Positions 14,820 to 23,277 of a stretch of DNA of 64,000 nucleotides are shown one piece after another. The notes beneath the pieces were generated by a model that saw only the letters and a list, made by a program, of their open reading frames with translations, searched no databases and had not been told where the DNA came from. A program made the translations under genes and the position numbers. Numbering within the stretch: the stretch's first letter is position 1; every line of letters starts with the position of its first letter. Source of the stretch: a virus (lineage: Duplodnaviria > Caudoviricetes); the IMG/VR virus record IMGVR_UViG_3300048909_000132, positions 831 to 64,830 of that record; one strand, written 5' to 3'.

Positions 14820-15340
14820 CAGATGTCTCGCCAGCCGGTCGGTCTATAGTCGGTAGAGTTGAGCCCCTTCGCTGAATTACAGACACCACAGAGCGGTTGC
14901 AGGTTGTCGATGGCATCCGACCCGCCAAAGAAAATCGGCTGGACGTGATCCTTGGTCAGCGGTTCATCGCCTGCGTCACACCTAAGGCAGCGGTATTCAC
15001 ATGCAGCCAGCAGCTGCTCCCACTGTTCTGGTGTGTGCGTCCCTCTTTGTCGCGCTTCGCGTAGCCGAGCAGTTCGCATGGAAGAGCTGTCGCCCATCGC
15101 AAGAAGAGGACGACCGTCGCGGAATAGTTCCAGCACGGCAGCCGCATGACGGCGCCACCGAGCGACCGACATACGGGCGATCCTGGCAACCGTCCGCTCT
15201 TCTTTGGGAAGCTCGCCATGCACTGCGCAGTGCATGAGCAGGCGAAAGAATATGCCATGCTGCAGGGTGCTCAGGTGCATCGTGTCGGCGAGATAATCGC
15301 CGAGGTTGAATCGCATCCAATGGTCCGTCGCGGACATCAA
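14819..15340 (-). CDS. DUF1376/YdaU domain fused to an HNH endonuclease
   Basis: WM...GDYLADTMHLST.QHG....LLM; C..C...LTKDHVQP...GG.D..DNLQPLC..CN..K. Confidence 0.85.
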   Translation of the reverse strand: MMSATDHWMRFNLGDYLADTMHLSTLQHGIFFRLLMHCAVHGELPKEERTVARIARMSVARWRRHAAAVLELFRDGRPLLAMGDSSSMRTARLREARQRGTHTPEQWEQLLAACEYRCLRCDAGDEPLTKDHVQPIFFGGSDAIDNLQPLCGVCNSAKGLNSTDYRPTGWRDI

Positions 15341-15657
15341 GCTGCGCCGGCGACCGGTTCACGCATCGCTCGCTCACGAAGATCGATCGGGCAATCAGCC
15401 GTGCGGTAGACGCGACCGGTCGAGCGGACGCGGATGACGTAGTGGCCGCGGGCTCTGCGCCTGGTGCCTCGGGCCACATCGATCATCTCTTGCTTGCCGA
15501 GCCAATTGATCGCGCCGGCGAGGCGGTAGGGATCGATCGGCTCTGGCAGCATCACGCAGATCTGGTGCAGCTGCGGCAGCTCGCGCTCCTCGCGTACGAC
15601 GAGCCACTCGTAGAACGCCATGGCGGCACGGTGCGTCCATGAGCGATCGCTGGTCAT
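15337..15657 (-). CDS. hypothetical protein, possibly winged helix; starts MTSDRSWTHRAAMA
   Basis: ATGA overlap with the upstream stop. Confidence 0.6.
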   Translation of the reverse strand: MTSDRSWTHRAAMAFYEWLVVREERELPQLHQICVMLPEPIDPYRLAGAINWLGKQEMIDVARGTRRRARGHYVIRVRSTGRVYRTADCPIDLRERAMREPVAGAA

Positions 15658-15917
15658 GATGCTCGCTCCGAAGATGCTGAGACTATTTGTTCCCACCGTC
15701 TGTCGTAGAGATGCATGAGCCAGACGCTTCGGTCGTCGCAAAGCGCAAACAACCGCGTCCCGCCATCATTGGCACAGGCGGCGATCTGAACGATCTGCAG
15801 TCCTGACGGCTGCCCAACGGGCAATGAAGGGCGCTGCTCTGGCGAGCCGTCCGAGATGCTCAAGCCACTCCTCAGAGCCATTGCGGCGCGATGGGTCCAT
15901 GAGCGGTCGGAGGTCAT
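15654..15917 (-). CDS. hypothetical protein; starts MTSDRSWTHRAAMA
   Basis: ATGA overlaps; IVQIAA..LFALCDD.SVW phage motif. Confidence 0.6.
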   Translation of the reverse strand: MTSDRSWTHRAAMALRSGLSISDGSPEQRPSLPVGQPSGLQIVQIAACANDGGTRLFALCDDRSVWLMHLYDRRWEQIVSASSERAS

Positions 15918-16684
15918 TGGGCTGTCGCCTCGTCGAACAAAGCGAACTGACGATCGAATACATCCGGCCTTGCATGGACGGTGCCGCTGAACACAGAGAT
16001 CACCAGCCAGGAATTGCGAAACCTATTAAGGTTTCCACAGAGCAACGGCGGCGCAGTTGAAAGGTTCAGGTTCTCGTCGAGCTGCACTGCCGCGTCATCA
16101 CCATTCTTGCGCATCCATTCGTAACAACCCCAGTCGCGCAGCATAAGATCATGGTGGTGCCCATCTTGATCCGTGAAGCGCAAACGCGGATGCCACTTGA
16201 ACCGAGCAGCCACGGGCAGCTCGCGCGCTTCGCCGAACATGTCTGGCGTCGGCGCCATCTCGGCAACCTCGCCTCTTTCTAGGTCGAGGTGTGGCAGATC
16301 CTCTGGCAACAGCACGCACAATGACAGCCGTCTGGCATTTGCTTCGTGCAGCGAGCGGACCGTCAGCGACTTGGCGATCTCGCGCTCAACAGCATGGCTG
16401 ACCTTCGTCTGAATAGGTCGAATGACACTATTGATCCATTGGTGTGCGCCAGGGCTGCGGTCGCCTTTTATTTTCCAGCTCTCGACGCGACTGTCCCTTG
16501 GGTTGCGCTCGACTGGTACCTGCGAGATGGACCAACGCGCTGGGCAGTTGTACCGGGCCATCGGGTAAATGCGGATCGGCTGTTGCAGTTCCAGGTCGTA
16601 CCCTGCTGTGCATACGAATTGACGCCCATCGCTGTTCGACTCTGGTACCGTCTTGCCCAACATTACGAATTGGTCGAGGGTCAT
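15914..16684 (-). CDS. conserved hypothetical protein, OB-fold-like family
   Basis: GKTVP..S..VCTAG...IRIYP, DSRVESW, DWGCYE and GNL....W.VISVF motifs. Confidence 0.7.
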   Translation of the reverse strand: MTLDQFVMLGKTVPESNSDGRQFVCTAGYDLELQQPIRIYPMARYNCPARWSISQVPVERNPRDSRVESWKIKGDRSPGAHQWINSVIRPIQTKVSHAVEREIAKSLTVRSLHEANARRLSLCVLLPEDLPHLDLERGEVAEMAPTPDMFGEARELPVAARFKWHPRLRFTDQDGHHHDLMLRDWGCYEWMRKNGDDAAVQLDENLNLSTAPPLLCGNLNRFRNSWLVISVFSGTVHARPDVFDRQFALFDEATAQ

Positions 16685-17439
16685 CCGTCGACCTCCGCAA
16701 GCTGATCGGCTAGCTCTGTCGCACTCCCCTTTCCTTCAGCTTCGGCGTTAACAATTTCAGCGATGATGTGCCCATGGCACTCTTCTGGATGACACCAACA
16801 ACCAAGCACTTTCCCGCGCAGCGTGGGGATGCGTGCCAGCAACCCGTCCTTATAAGGGAAATAGAACCTGCTGAACTTACCTACGACATCTTGACGTTCA
16901 CCATCATCGGGCATCTCAAATGGATTGCCCCACTCTGTCCTGCGGTCGATACGGACAAAGCGATCATTGGCTTGCGCCCACATCAGCAATGCGACATCGG
17001 TCCCATCATGCATGTTGGCAACGACGCATCTGCCTGCCTCGGCATCTGCTATTCGTTCCGCTTCATCCGGCGATACCGGGCCCGGCGTTGGCGAGTCGTC
17101 ATCGTCCTCCTCGTCCGCTTGATTGACAGCCGCAGCCTTGAGCGCGCCGATCTGTCCTGCTTCCGCAATGTCGTTCAATGTTGAACGACCTTCCTTAACC
17201 GCAACGAAGAGTCGCAGGTAGTAATACGCAGTAGTTTTCGGAATGCCGGTCTCCTGTTCGACCCAGCGATCCCACCCGCCGCGAGGGATGTCGTCCCGCG
17301 CCTTCGCCTCGGATAGCAACCGACCGGCATCGACGGCACGTTCAGCGGTTAACTTGCTAGACCGGGCGACGTCCTCGTGCGCTGCGCGAATGTCGGCCGC
17401 GAGAACGGCAAGGCTATTGCTCTTGCGTCTGTTGCTCAT
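16681..17439 (-). CDS. DUF3102-like N-terminus fused to DUF4326
   Basis: AVDAGRLL.EAK...GGWDRWV; IDRRTEWGNPF...LRGKVLGCWCHPEECHGHII. Confidence 0.8.
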   Translation of the reverse strand: MSNRRKSNSLAVLAADIRAAHEDVARSSKLTAERAVDAGRLLSEAKARDDIPRGGWDRWVEQETGIPKTTAYYYLRLFVAVKEGRSTLNDIAEAGQIGALKAAAVNQADEEDDDDSPTPGPVSPDEAERIADAEAGRCVVANMHDGTDVALLMWAQANDRFVRIDRRTEWGNPFEMPDDGERQDVVGKFSRFYFPYKDGLLARIPTLRGKVLGCWCHPEECHGHIIAEIVNAEAEGKGSATELADQLAEVDG

Positions 17440-17651
17440 GCCGCCTCCTGATTTCTCATCAGCCCCGCATGGAAGCTGCATAAATTCCGATCCGGTTTGG
17501 CGCGCTTCAGCAGGATGCCTGCCTCGCGCACTGTCGTGCGGCCGATGATCACCACGGTCGCCGGCGCACCGCAGCGGCAGCGCCTGGTTGCGAACTGCGT
17601 GGCGAGTTGCGTCTGATAGGATTTCAGCTCGGATTGTTGCGCGGAGGTCAT
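17436..17651 (-). CDS. small zinc-finger-like protein
   Basis: CRCG...LCSFH; ATGA overlaps. Confidence 0.55.
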   Translation of the reverse strand: MTSAQQSELKSYQTQLATQFATRRCRCGAPATVVIIGRTTVREAGILLKRAKPDRNLCSFHAGLMRNQEAA

Positions 17652-18079
17652 CGCATCACCTCGTGCGGGCGCATCAGTCCCCAGTCGGTGGCGGTCTGAT
17701 CAACTTGCCAGATGGTCCAGCAAATCTTGAACGGCACCTGGGCTTTCTCCAGCCCCAGCATGAACTCGATCTGGTCGTCACTCGGGTGTTCGGCTTCGTA
17801 CACGTTGCGCTTCAGCTCGATGGCGAAGCCGCGACTACGGTGCCAGAAAAGATAATCGCAAATCCCGGCCTTGACGCCGCGTGCCTTTCGCTTCTGCGCC
17901 TGGAGGAAACCTATCGGCCTGCCGTTGCGTCCGATCGTGGGGTCAAGCGTGTGCGCGTGGTCGACCGCGGTCCACTGAACTGTGGGCAGCAGAAGCCGCC
18001 CGAGCATGTTCGTGCAGTCGATCTGCAATTCATGCTCACTCGGCTCTGGCGCCTCTAATTGGAATGCTGTGCGGCCCAC
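17648..18079 (-). CDS. VRR-NUC (PD-D/ExK) nuclease
   Basis: GVKAGICDYLF...FAIELK...Q..F. Confidence 0.8.
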   Translation of the reverse strand: MGRTAFQLEAPEPSEHELQIDCTNMLGRLLLPTVQWTAVDHAHTLDPTIGRNGRPIGFLQAQKRKARGVKAGICDYLFWHRSRGFAIELKRNVYEAEHPSDDQIEFMLGLEKAQVPFKICWTIWQVDQTATDWGLMRPHEVMR

Positions 18080-18091
18080 TGCGTGGGCCGA

Positions 18092-18709
18092 TCACTGCAC
18101 CGTTGCTTCGGCTCCGCTGCTCTTCGGCGGTCGGCCACGCCTGCGCGGTGCTGTGTGACCGTTGGCGGTGCCATTGGCCTTCGCACCATTCGGCTTCATC
18201 TCCCTGGCGATCGCCTTCTGACCGTTCAGCCAGACCTTGTGTCCTCGGACCCAGGACTTATCCCAGGCGACATACTCGGCAGATCCGGCCTCGTGCGGGT
18301 TTGTCTCGCGCTCGTGGCCAGCCTCGCCTGCCTTGTAGCCGTTGCTGCCAGCTTCCCACTCGCGTTGCTCTTCAGCCGCTTTGGCATCGACGGTCGCTGC
18401 CTCGGGCTTGCCCCACATGTTGAGCTGTGTGCCGATCGGAAGCTTGAGCCACCCGGCGTAGATCTGGAGGTGCTTGATCTGTAGCTCGGCCTCGTCGGTG
18501 TCGAGGTCAGCGAGCTTCTCCAGCATCTTCAGCGCGTCGAGATCGATGCCGTCACCCTTCGCGGCCTTCTTCGCCCTGGCGAGCGCGGTGCCGGTCGAGG
18601 CGTGTTCGTCCTTGAGGTCGCGGATCGTGCGGTAATGCCGCAGGAACACGTCGGGCGGCACGCTGTGTGAGGAAGCCTCGGCTAGTGACGCACCCGCTGC
18701 TTTCGCCAT
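18092..18709 (-). CDS. GapR/DUF2312-like domain fused to a ribosome-modulation-factor-like domain
   Basis: AK..GIDL.ALK...L..LD..E....L..Y...L; GY.AG..G....NP......AW...W..G. Confidence 0.6.
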   Translation of the reverse strand: MAKAAGASLAEASSHSVPPDVFLRHYRTIRDLKDEHASTGTALARAKKAAKGDGIDLDALKMLEKLADLDTDEAELQIKHLQIYAGWLKLPIGTQLNMWGKPEAATVDAKAAEEQREWEAGSNGYKAGEAGHERETNPHEAGSAEYVAWDKSWVRGHKVWLNGQKAIAREMKPNGAKANGTANGHTAPRRRGRPPKSSGAEATVQ

Positions 18710-18729
18710 GGTCTGTGTCCTCCCCTGGT

Positions 18730-18975
18730 TCAGGCAGCCGCGCGCGTCGTCCTGCTGCTTCGTCCTGTGGATTGTGGCGGAGGCCAGATGTCTGGCCGCA
18801 GTTCGTGACGCGGGATGCCCAGCTTTTCCTCGATCGCGATTGCGCTGTTGATCGAAACCTTGCGCCCGCCCGAGCGCCAGAAATTCACCGCTCGGACGCT
18901 GAACCCGAGGCCGCTGAGATCGGCGGGGGTCAGTCGATGTCGGGCGAGGACGGCGTCGAGGTCAATGTGCGCCAT
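18730..18975 (-). CDS. Cro/YdaS-like HTH regulator
   Basis: SVRAVNFW...A.AIEE..GIPRHELRPDIW; divergent from the repressor. Confidence 0.8.
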   Translation of the reverse strand: MAHIDLDAVLARHRLTPADLSGLGFSVRAVNFWRSGGRKVSINSAIAIEEKLGIPRHELRPDIWPPPQSTGRSSRTTRAAA

Positions 18976-18979
18976 CAGC

Positions 18980-19064
18980 CGACTGTGGAACGGCACGTCC
19001 CGTCCGTCAACTTCTCGTACGTTTGATCACGAACAAGGGGTTGTCGATTGGAACGTCGTGTTCT
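18980..19064. promoter_or_regulatory. divergent cro/cI promoters with two operators
   Basis: - strand TTGACG-N17-CACAGT; + strand TTGTCG-N17-TATGCC; GGAAC-N5-GTCCC (18987-19001) and GGAAC-N5-GTTCT (19050-19064) sit in the spacers. Confidence 0.6.
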
Positions 19065-19721
19065 ATGCCAGTGCCTATGAGAAACGTCGTCGCACCCGAG
19101 TCAGAGGCCTTCGGTGCCCGTCTGGAGGCAGCACGGCGCTACCATGGACGCCGCACCGGGCGACCGCGGCTCCAGGCCAAGTCCTTCGCTGACGAACTCG
19201 GTGTGACCGGTGAGCGATATCGGCGCTGGGAGCGCGGCGAGATGGAGCCGCCGCTGTTCGCGCTGAAGGCGATCCGGCGCGTGACCGGGCTGTCGCTCGA
19301 CTGGCTGGTGTGCGATCTCGCACCCGGCGATGTCATCATTCCGGATCTCGCCGTAGCAACGCCAGGGGACCGCTTGCGCTGGGCGCGCGAGATTACGTGC
19401 CCTTCTTCGACCGAGGCCGCACGCGTGATGTCGGTACCCATCGATCTATGGGTAGCTTACGAAAGTGGGCGAAGCGAAATTCCTCTGTCGGTGGCACAGG
19501 AATTTGCTCATCGGTTCTCGGTGTCGCTGGACTATCTGTACGAAGGGAAGCTGGAGGGTGTAGCGCCGCGAATGCGCGATGCCCTCTTGGAACGGCGCCC
19601 CCAACTACTGGCGCTAACCCGACCTCCTCACATCGCAAATGGGCATGAACCCGGTGCGGGCACGGCCACGGTTCGCGGCAGTACAAATCATGAAGAGGAC
19701 TTTCCGAACGGGCAGCAGTGA
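19065..19721 (+). CDS. CI-like repressor with two XRE HTH domains
   Basis: FGARL..AR...FADELGV....Y.RWERG..EP; GDRLRWAR...W..YESGR.EIP; no peptidase domain; alternative start at 19077. Confidence 0.8.
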   Translation: MPVPMRNVVAPESEAFGARLEAARRYHGRRTGRPRLQAKSFADELGVTGERYRRWERGEMEPPLFALKAIRRVTGLSLDWLVCDLAPGDVIIPDLAVATPGDRLRWAREITCPSSTEAARVMSVPIDLWVAYESGRSEIPLSVAQEFAHRFSVSLDYLYEGKLEGVAPRMRDALLERRPQLLALTRPPHIANGHEPGAGTATVRGSTNHEEDFPNGQQ

Positions 19722-19987
19722 AGAGCAGCTTCACGCCGCTCCCGTTGTGATGCCTTGGCTTATCCAGCCCGACAGTAAGCCGGGTAATCCCTGCCGATTC
19801 GGCGCGAAGACGCACTTCTATCGTCACGACGTTCACCCTCCCTTTAGGACAGACGTCGGTGTCCCGGCTAAGGGGGCCGAACCGTCTTGCGTTGCAGTTG
19901 AAACAGTATCGTAACCCACGGTTGTGTGAAGTGCTGGTTTTCTGCAAAACCGCAGTACTTCGTTACACCGCTGGTTGCCGCCAGAAT

Positions 19988-20002
19988 GGAACAAAAGGTT
20001 CC
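19988..20002. promoter_or_regulatory. perfect palindromic operator GGAAC-N5-GTTCC
   Basis: GGAACAAAAGGTTCC. Confidence 0.65.
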
Positions 20003-20071
20003 GCTCATCGGCTCACACGCCACTTAAGGTATACCAAAAATTCTCACCGAACGGTGATCGGCGTGCGCGGC

Positions 20072-20100
20072 TTGACAGAAACGGAACGCTAAGTTCCAAA
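20072..20100 (+). promoter_or_regulatory. early promoter with operator
   Basis: TTGACA at 20072; GGAACGCTAAGTTCC at 20083-20097. Confidence 0.65.
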
Positions 20101-20136
20101 TGCGCGCTCCTCCGAACAACGGAAGGAAGATCCATC

Positions 20137-20316
20137 GTGCATGGGAAGCTGGTCGCATGGCTCAAGCCCCACGAGGGCGGGATCGAGGCGCTGTTCGTCG
20201 CTGATGGTACCGAGCGAGAACCTGCCAGCCGCCGGTTTGCCGATACTGAAGAAGCGCGGTTCTGGATCTTGGCCGAGGCCGCAGCGATCGGTGCTGATGT
20301 CGTCTGGGCGAAGTAA
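20137..20316 (+). CDS. hypothetical protein
   Basis: GGAAGGAAG RBS, GTG start, TAATG coupling. Confidence 0.55.
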   Translation: MHGKLVAWLKPHEGGIEALFVADGTEREPASRRFADTEEARFWILAEAAAIGADVVWAK

Positions 20317-21272
20317 TGAGCGACGCGGTAATCCCTGCCCCGCTGCGCATCGACCAACCGGGCATCTATACGATGCCGGAACTGGACTATCACGCTGATC
20401 CTGTCGCTGCGGCGCCGAGCCTGTCGCGCTCGATCGCCCAGGTCATCATCGAAGCATCACCGGCACACGCCTACGCGCAGCACCCTCGCCTGGGTGGCAA
20501 GGCGCCGACCGGGCCAGCCAGCGGTGATGACGACATGGATGTCGGCACCGCAGCGCATGCGCTGTTCCTTGAGGGCCAGAACAAGATCGAGCGCGTGCCG
20601 TTCACCGCCTATCGGTCGAATGAGGCGAAGGCCGCGCGCGACGCCATCCTGGCCGCCGGCAGGATCCCGCTCAAGCCGCCGCAGTACGATGCCGCGATGC
20701 GCGTCGTCGAGGCGCTGGAGAATTTCCGCAACCGCACAGGGCTGTTCACGAAGGGCAAGCCCGAGCAGACGCTGATCTGGAACGAGGGCGACCACTGGGG
20801 ACGCTGCCGCGTCGACTGGCTGCCGGATGATCCGGCGGCTCCCCTGCTCGACCTGAAGACGACCGGCGGGCTGGCGACGCCCAGTGCCTGGGGACGAACC
20901 TGTTGGCAATTCGGCGCCGACCTCCAGGCCTCCATGTATCCGCGCGCCTGCGAGTTCGTCCGCGGCGAGTCGCCAGGGGGCATGCTGTTCGTGGTCGTCG
21001 AAAACAGCCCGCCCTACGCCATCAGGGTGTTCGCCCTGGATCCCGTCGCGGTCGAGGTCGGCCACGCGAAGGCCGCAGCCGCGCGAGCCGTGTGGGTGCA
21101 GTGCCTCGCGGCCAAGCGGTGGCCGAGCTATCCGCTCGAGCCAGAGTGGATCCTGCCGCCGCCCTGGATCGTGCGGCAGTGGGAGGAGACGCGGATCGGC
21201 GGCATCGGTCGCGCCGTCGAGGACACCGGGTTCATCCTGAGAATGATCGAACAGGGCAACTGGGGAGGCTGA
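20316..21272 (+). CDS. RecE/exonuclease VIII-like PD-(D/E)XK nuclease (DUF3799)
   Basis: YH.D..LSRS...SPAH, GTAAH, RCRVDWL, DLKTT, FVVVE..PPY. Confidence 0.85.
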   Translation: MSDAVIPAPLRIDQPGIYTMPELDYHADPVAAAPSLSRSIAQVIIEASPAHAYAQHPRLGGKAPTGPASGDDDMDVGTAAHALFLEGQNKIERVPFTAYRSNEAKAARDAILAAGRIPLKPPQYDAAMRVVEALENFRNRTGLFTKGKPEQTLIWNEGDHWGRCRVDWLPDDPAAPLLDLKTTGGLATPSAWGRTCWQFGADLQASMYPRACEFVRGESPGGMLFVVVENSPPYAIRVFALDPVAVEVGHAKAAAARAVWVQCLAAKRWPSYPLEPEWILPPPWIVRQWEETRIGGIGRAVEDTGFILRMIEQGNWGG

Positions 21273-21274
21273 CA

Positions 21275-21571
21275 ATGCGCGAGAACTCGCTCGATATGCC
21301 TCTGTCGGAACTCGGCCTTAGCACACGCGCCATGGGTGCCCTTCGCTACGATTTCGCGACGGTGCGCGAACTGATCGCTTGCAGCGCGGACGAGTTGGGA
21401 CGCATCCCGAATCTCGGGAAGGTAACCCTTGCGGAGGTCAGGATCGCACTCGCCCGCCACGGTCGGTCGCTACGCGAGGATAAACGACCGTCTATCGACG
21501 AAAGACTGGCGGCGATCGATGCGAAGCTCGAGGACATTCTTATCAAGCTCGATGCTCTGGGGAGGGGCTGA
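21275..21571 (+). CDS. RNA polymerase alpha C-terminal-domain-like protein
   Basis: LSELGLSTRA..AL...TV.EL......L..IPNLGK.TL.EV...L. Confidence 0.8.
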   Translation: MRENSLDMPLSELGLSTRAMGALRYDFATVRELIACSADELGRIPNLGKVTLAEVRIALARHGRSLREDKRPSIDERLAAIDAKLEDILIKLDALGRG

Positions 21572-21574
21572 CAA

Positions 21575-21709
21575 ATGACCCTGCATCAACGACGTGTTCT
21601 GATCCGCCTTCGGCGTCACGCAGGCACCGACCTCGCGGTGACCTTGATGGTACTGCTCGCCCTGGTCGTGATCTATCTCGTTGCCGCTGCAATGCGCACA
21701 CATGCCTGA
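21575..21709 (+). CDS. small membrane protein
   Basis: Single hydrophobic helix; RBS in the junction motif. Confidence 0.5.
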   Translation: MTLHQRRVLIRLRRHAGTDLAVTLMVLLALVVIYLVAAAMRTHA

Positions 21710-22892
21710 CGGCACGCCGCATCAGGATTACGTCTATCGTCCAGCGGTGCGCGGCAAGTCGGCGCCGCTGATCATGATCTCGGGACCACCAGGCACCGGC
21801 AAAACCTACTCGGCATTGCGGCTGGCGCGCGGCTTGGCCGGTCCCGGCGGCAAGATCTGTCTGGCCGACACCGACAATGGACGGGCCGAGTTCTACGCTG
21901 ACGAATTCACGTTCCAACATTTGAATCTGCACGAGCCGTTCCGGCCAGCGGTCTTCGAAGAGGCCGCGCGCCAAGCGCAGAAGCAAGGTGCAGCTGTCCT
22001 CGTGATTGATAATTTCATGCACGAACACAACGGGCCTGGAGGCGTCCTCGATTATCACGAGGAGGTACTTGAGAAGCTGACCAGGGGCGACATCAGCAAG
22101 CGCGAAAGCCTGAACATGATCGCCTGGGCCAAGGTGAAGCCCGAACACAAGCACATGCGCGAACGGCTCTACCAGTTGAACGTGCCGGTGATCCTCTGCT
22201 GCGGCGCCGAGAAGAAGATCGCGATGGTGCTGCAGACCGAAGGCCGCAACAAAGGGAAGACCGTCCCGGTCGACCAGGGCTACATGCCGATCTGCGGGAG
22301 CGACATCCCGTGGGCAATGACGATCTCGCTGATGCTGGAAGACGTCGCCCGCCCTGGCGTGCCGCGACCGATCAAAGCTCTGCTGCCGGCGCTGAAGCCG
22401 ATCATCCACCTCGATCGCCCGCTCGACGAGGCGACCGGCGCTGCCATCGCGGCCTGGGCCCGAGGAGAAAAAACGCCCGCCCCCAACACAGAGGCGGGCG
22501 CAGTCGCGGGGAAGGATAACATGGCGACCATACAGCAACCGCCGCCCGATGATCAGCGACATGATGACGCGCCGCCGCCGGGTGATCCTCGCGATGAACC
22601 CCCGCCGCCCGATCCGCCGCCGCCAGACGATGAGCGCCCGCCACCAGCCACGACCAGTCGGAAGGTCGATGAAGCAGCGATCAAGGACGGTGCCCAGAAG
22701 CTGGCCGACAAGTTTCTCGGCGCGGAGGACCGTAAAGCGTACCTCGCCCTGGTCGATGACAAGGAAAACCGCAAACAGATCGAATGGCTGAGACGCAACC
22801 GCCGAGAACTGTTCAACACTGTGATTGACCGGGCCATGAAGGCCACTTGGCAGCGCACAGATCCGCAGAAGAAACAGGGAGATCTGGTGTGA
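21702..22892 (+). CDS. Sak4-like AAA ATPase (ssDNA annealing recombinase)
   Basis: GPPGTGKTYSAL, DTDNG, LVID...HE..G.GG; Pro/Asp-rich tail; next to the RecE-like gene. Confidence 0.8.
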   Translation: MPDGTPHQDYVYRPAVRGKSAPLIMISGPPGTGKTYSALRLARGLAGPGGKICLADTDNGRAEFYADEFTFQHLNLHEPFRPAVFEEAARQAQKQGAAVLVIDNFMHEHNGPGGVLDYHEEVLEKLTRGDISKRESLNMIAWAKVKPEHKHMRERLYQLNVPVILCCGAEKKIAMVLQTEGRNKGKTVPVDQGYMPICGSDIPWAMTISLMLEDVARPGVPRPIKALLPALKPIIHLDRPLDEATGAAIAAWARGEKTPAPNTEAGAVAGKDNMATIQQPPPDDQRHDDAPPPGDPRDEPPPPDPPPPDDERPPPATTSRKVDEAAIKDGAQKLADKFLGAEDRKAYLALVDDKENRKQIEWLRRNRRELFNTVIDRAMKATWQRTDPQKKQGDLV

Positions 22893-23068
22893 GCGACGAA
22901 GAGCATCCGATGAGCCACGACGACATCGCGCGCGAGGTCATCGGCAAGTGGATCGGCCAGTACGGCGACCTGTTCAGTCCTGGCGCGCGAGCCTCGGCGT
23001 TGCTGACCGTCTCGCGCATCGCCGCCGACATGGCCGAGGAGGAGATCGCAAAGCTCCCCGATCTGTAA
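22889..23068 (+). CDS. hypothetical protein
   Basis: GTGA overlap. Confidence 0.5.
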   Translation: MSDEEHPMSHDDIAREVIGKWIGQYGDLFSPGARASALLTVSRIAADMAEEEIAKLPDL

Positions 23069-23082
23069 AAGGAGATTCCTGT

Positions 23083-23277
23083 ATGCCCCGCCCGCGTGAC
23101 ACTGAGCTGTATGACATCCAGCGCATCATGGCGATCCTGGCCGCGATGCCACCGTCGCAGCGCCGCCGCGTGCTGCAATACATCACCGACCGCGCCGAGC
23201 TGCTCCCGTCTTTCCTCCCGACGAGGCCTGCCGCACCGGAAGAGGCTGATCTTTTGCGGGAACGGGAAACCGCGTGA
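23083..23277 (+). CDS. hypothetical protein
   Basis: AAGGAG RBS. Confidence 0.6.
   Translation: MPRPRDTELYDIQRIMAILAAMPPSQRRRVLQYITDRAELLPSFLPTRPAAPEEADLLRERETA

Noticed and set aside
18987-19064. Alphaproteobacterial LexA box in the cI/cro gap
   Set aside because: The sites are inverted GAAC-N5-GTTC, not the direct GTTC-N7-GTTC repeat.
19722-20136. tRNA or known ncRNA in the AT-rich gap after cI
   Set aside because: Only short hairpins (e.g. 20044-20057) and operators; no cloverleaf or T-loop signature.
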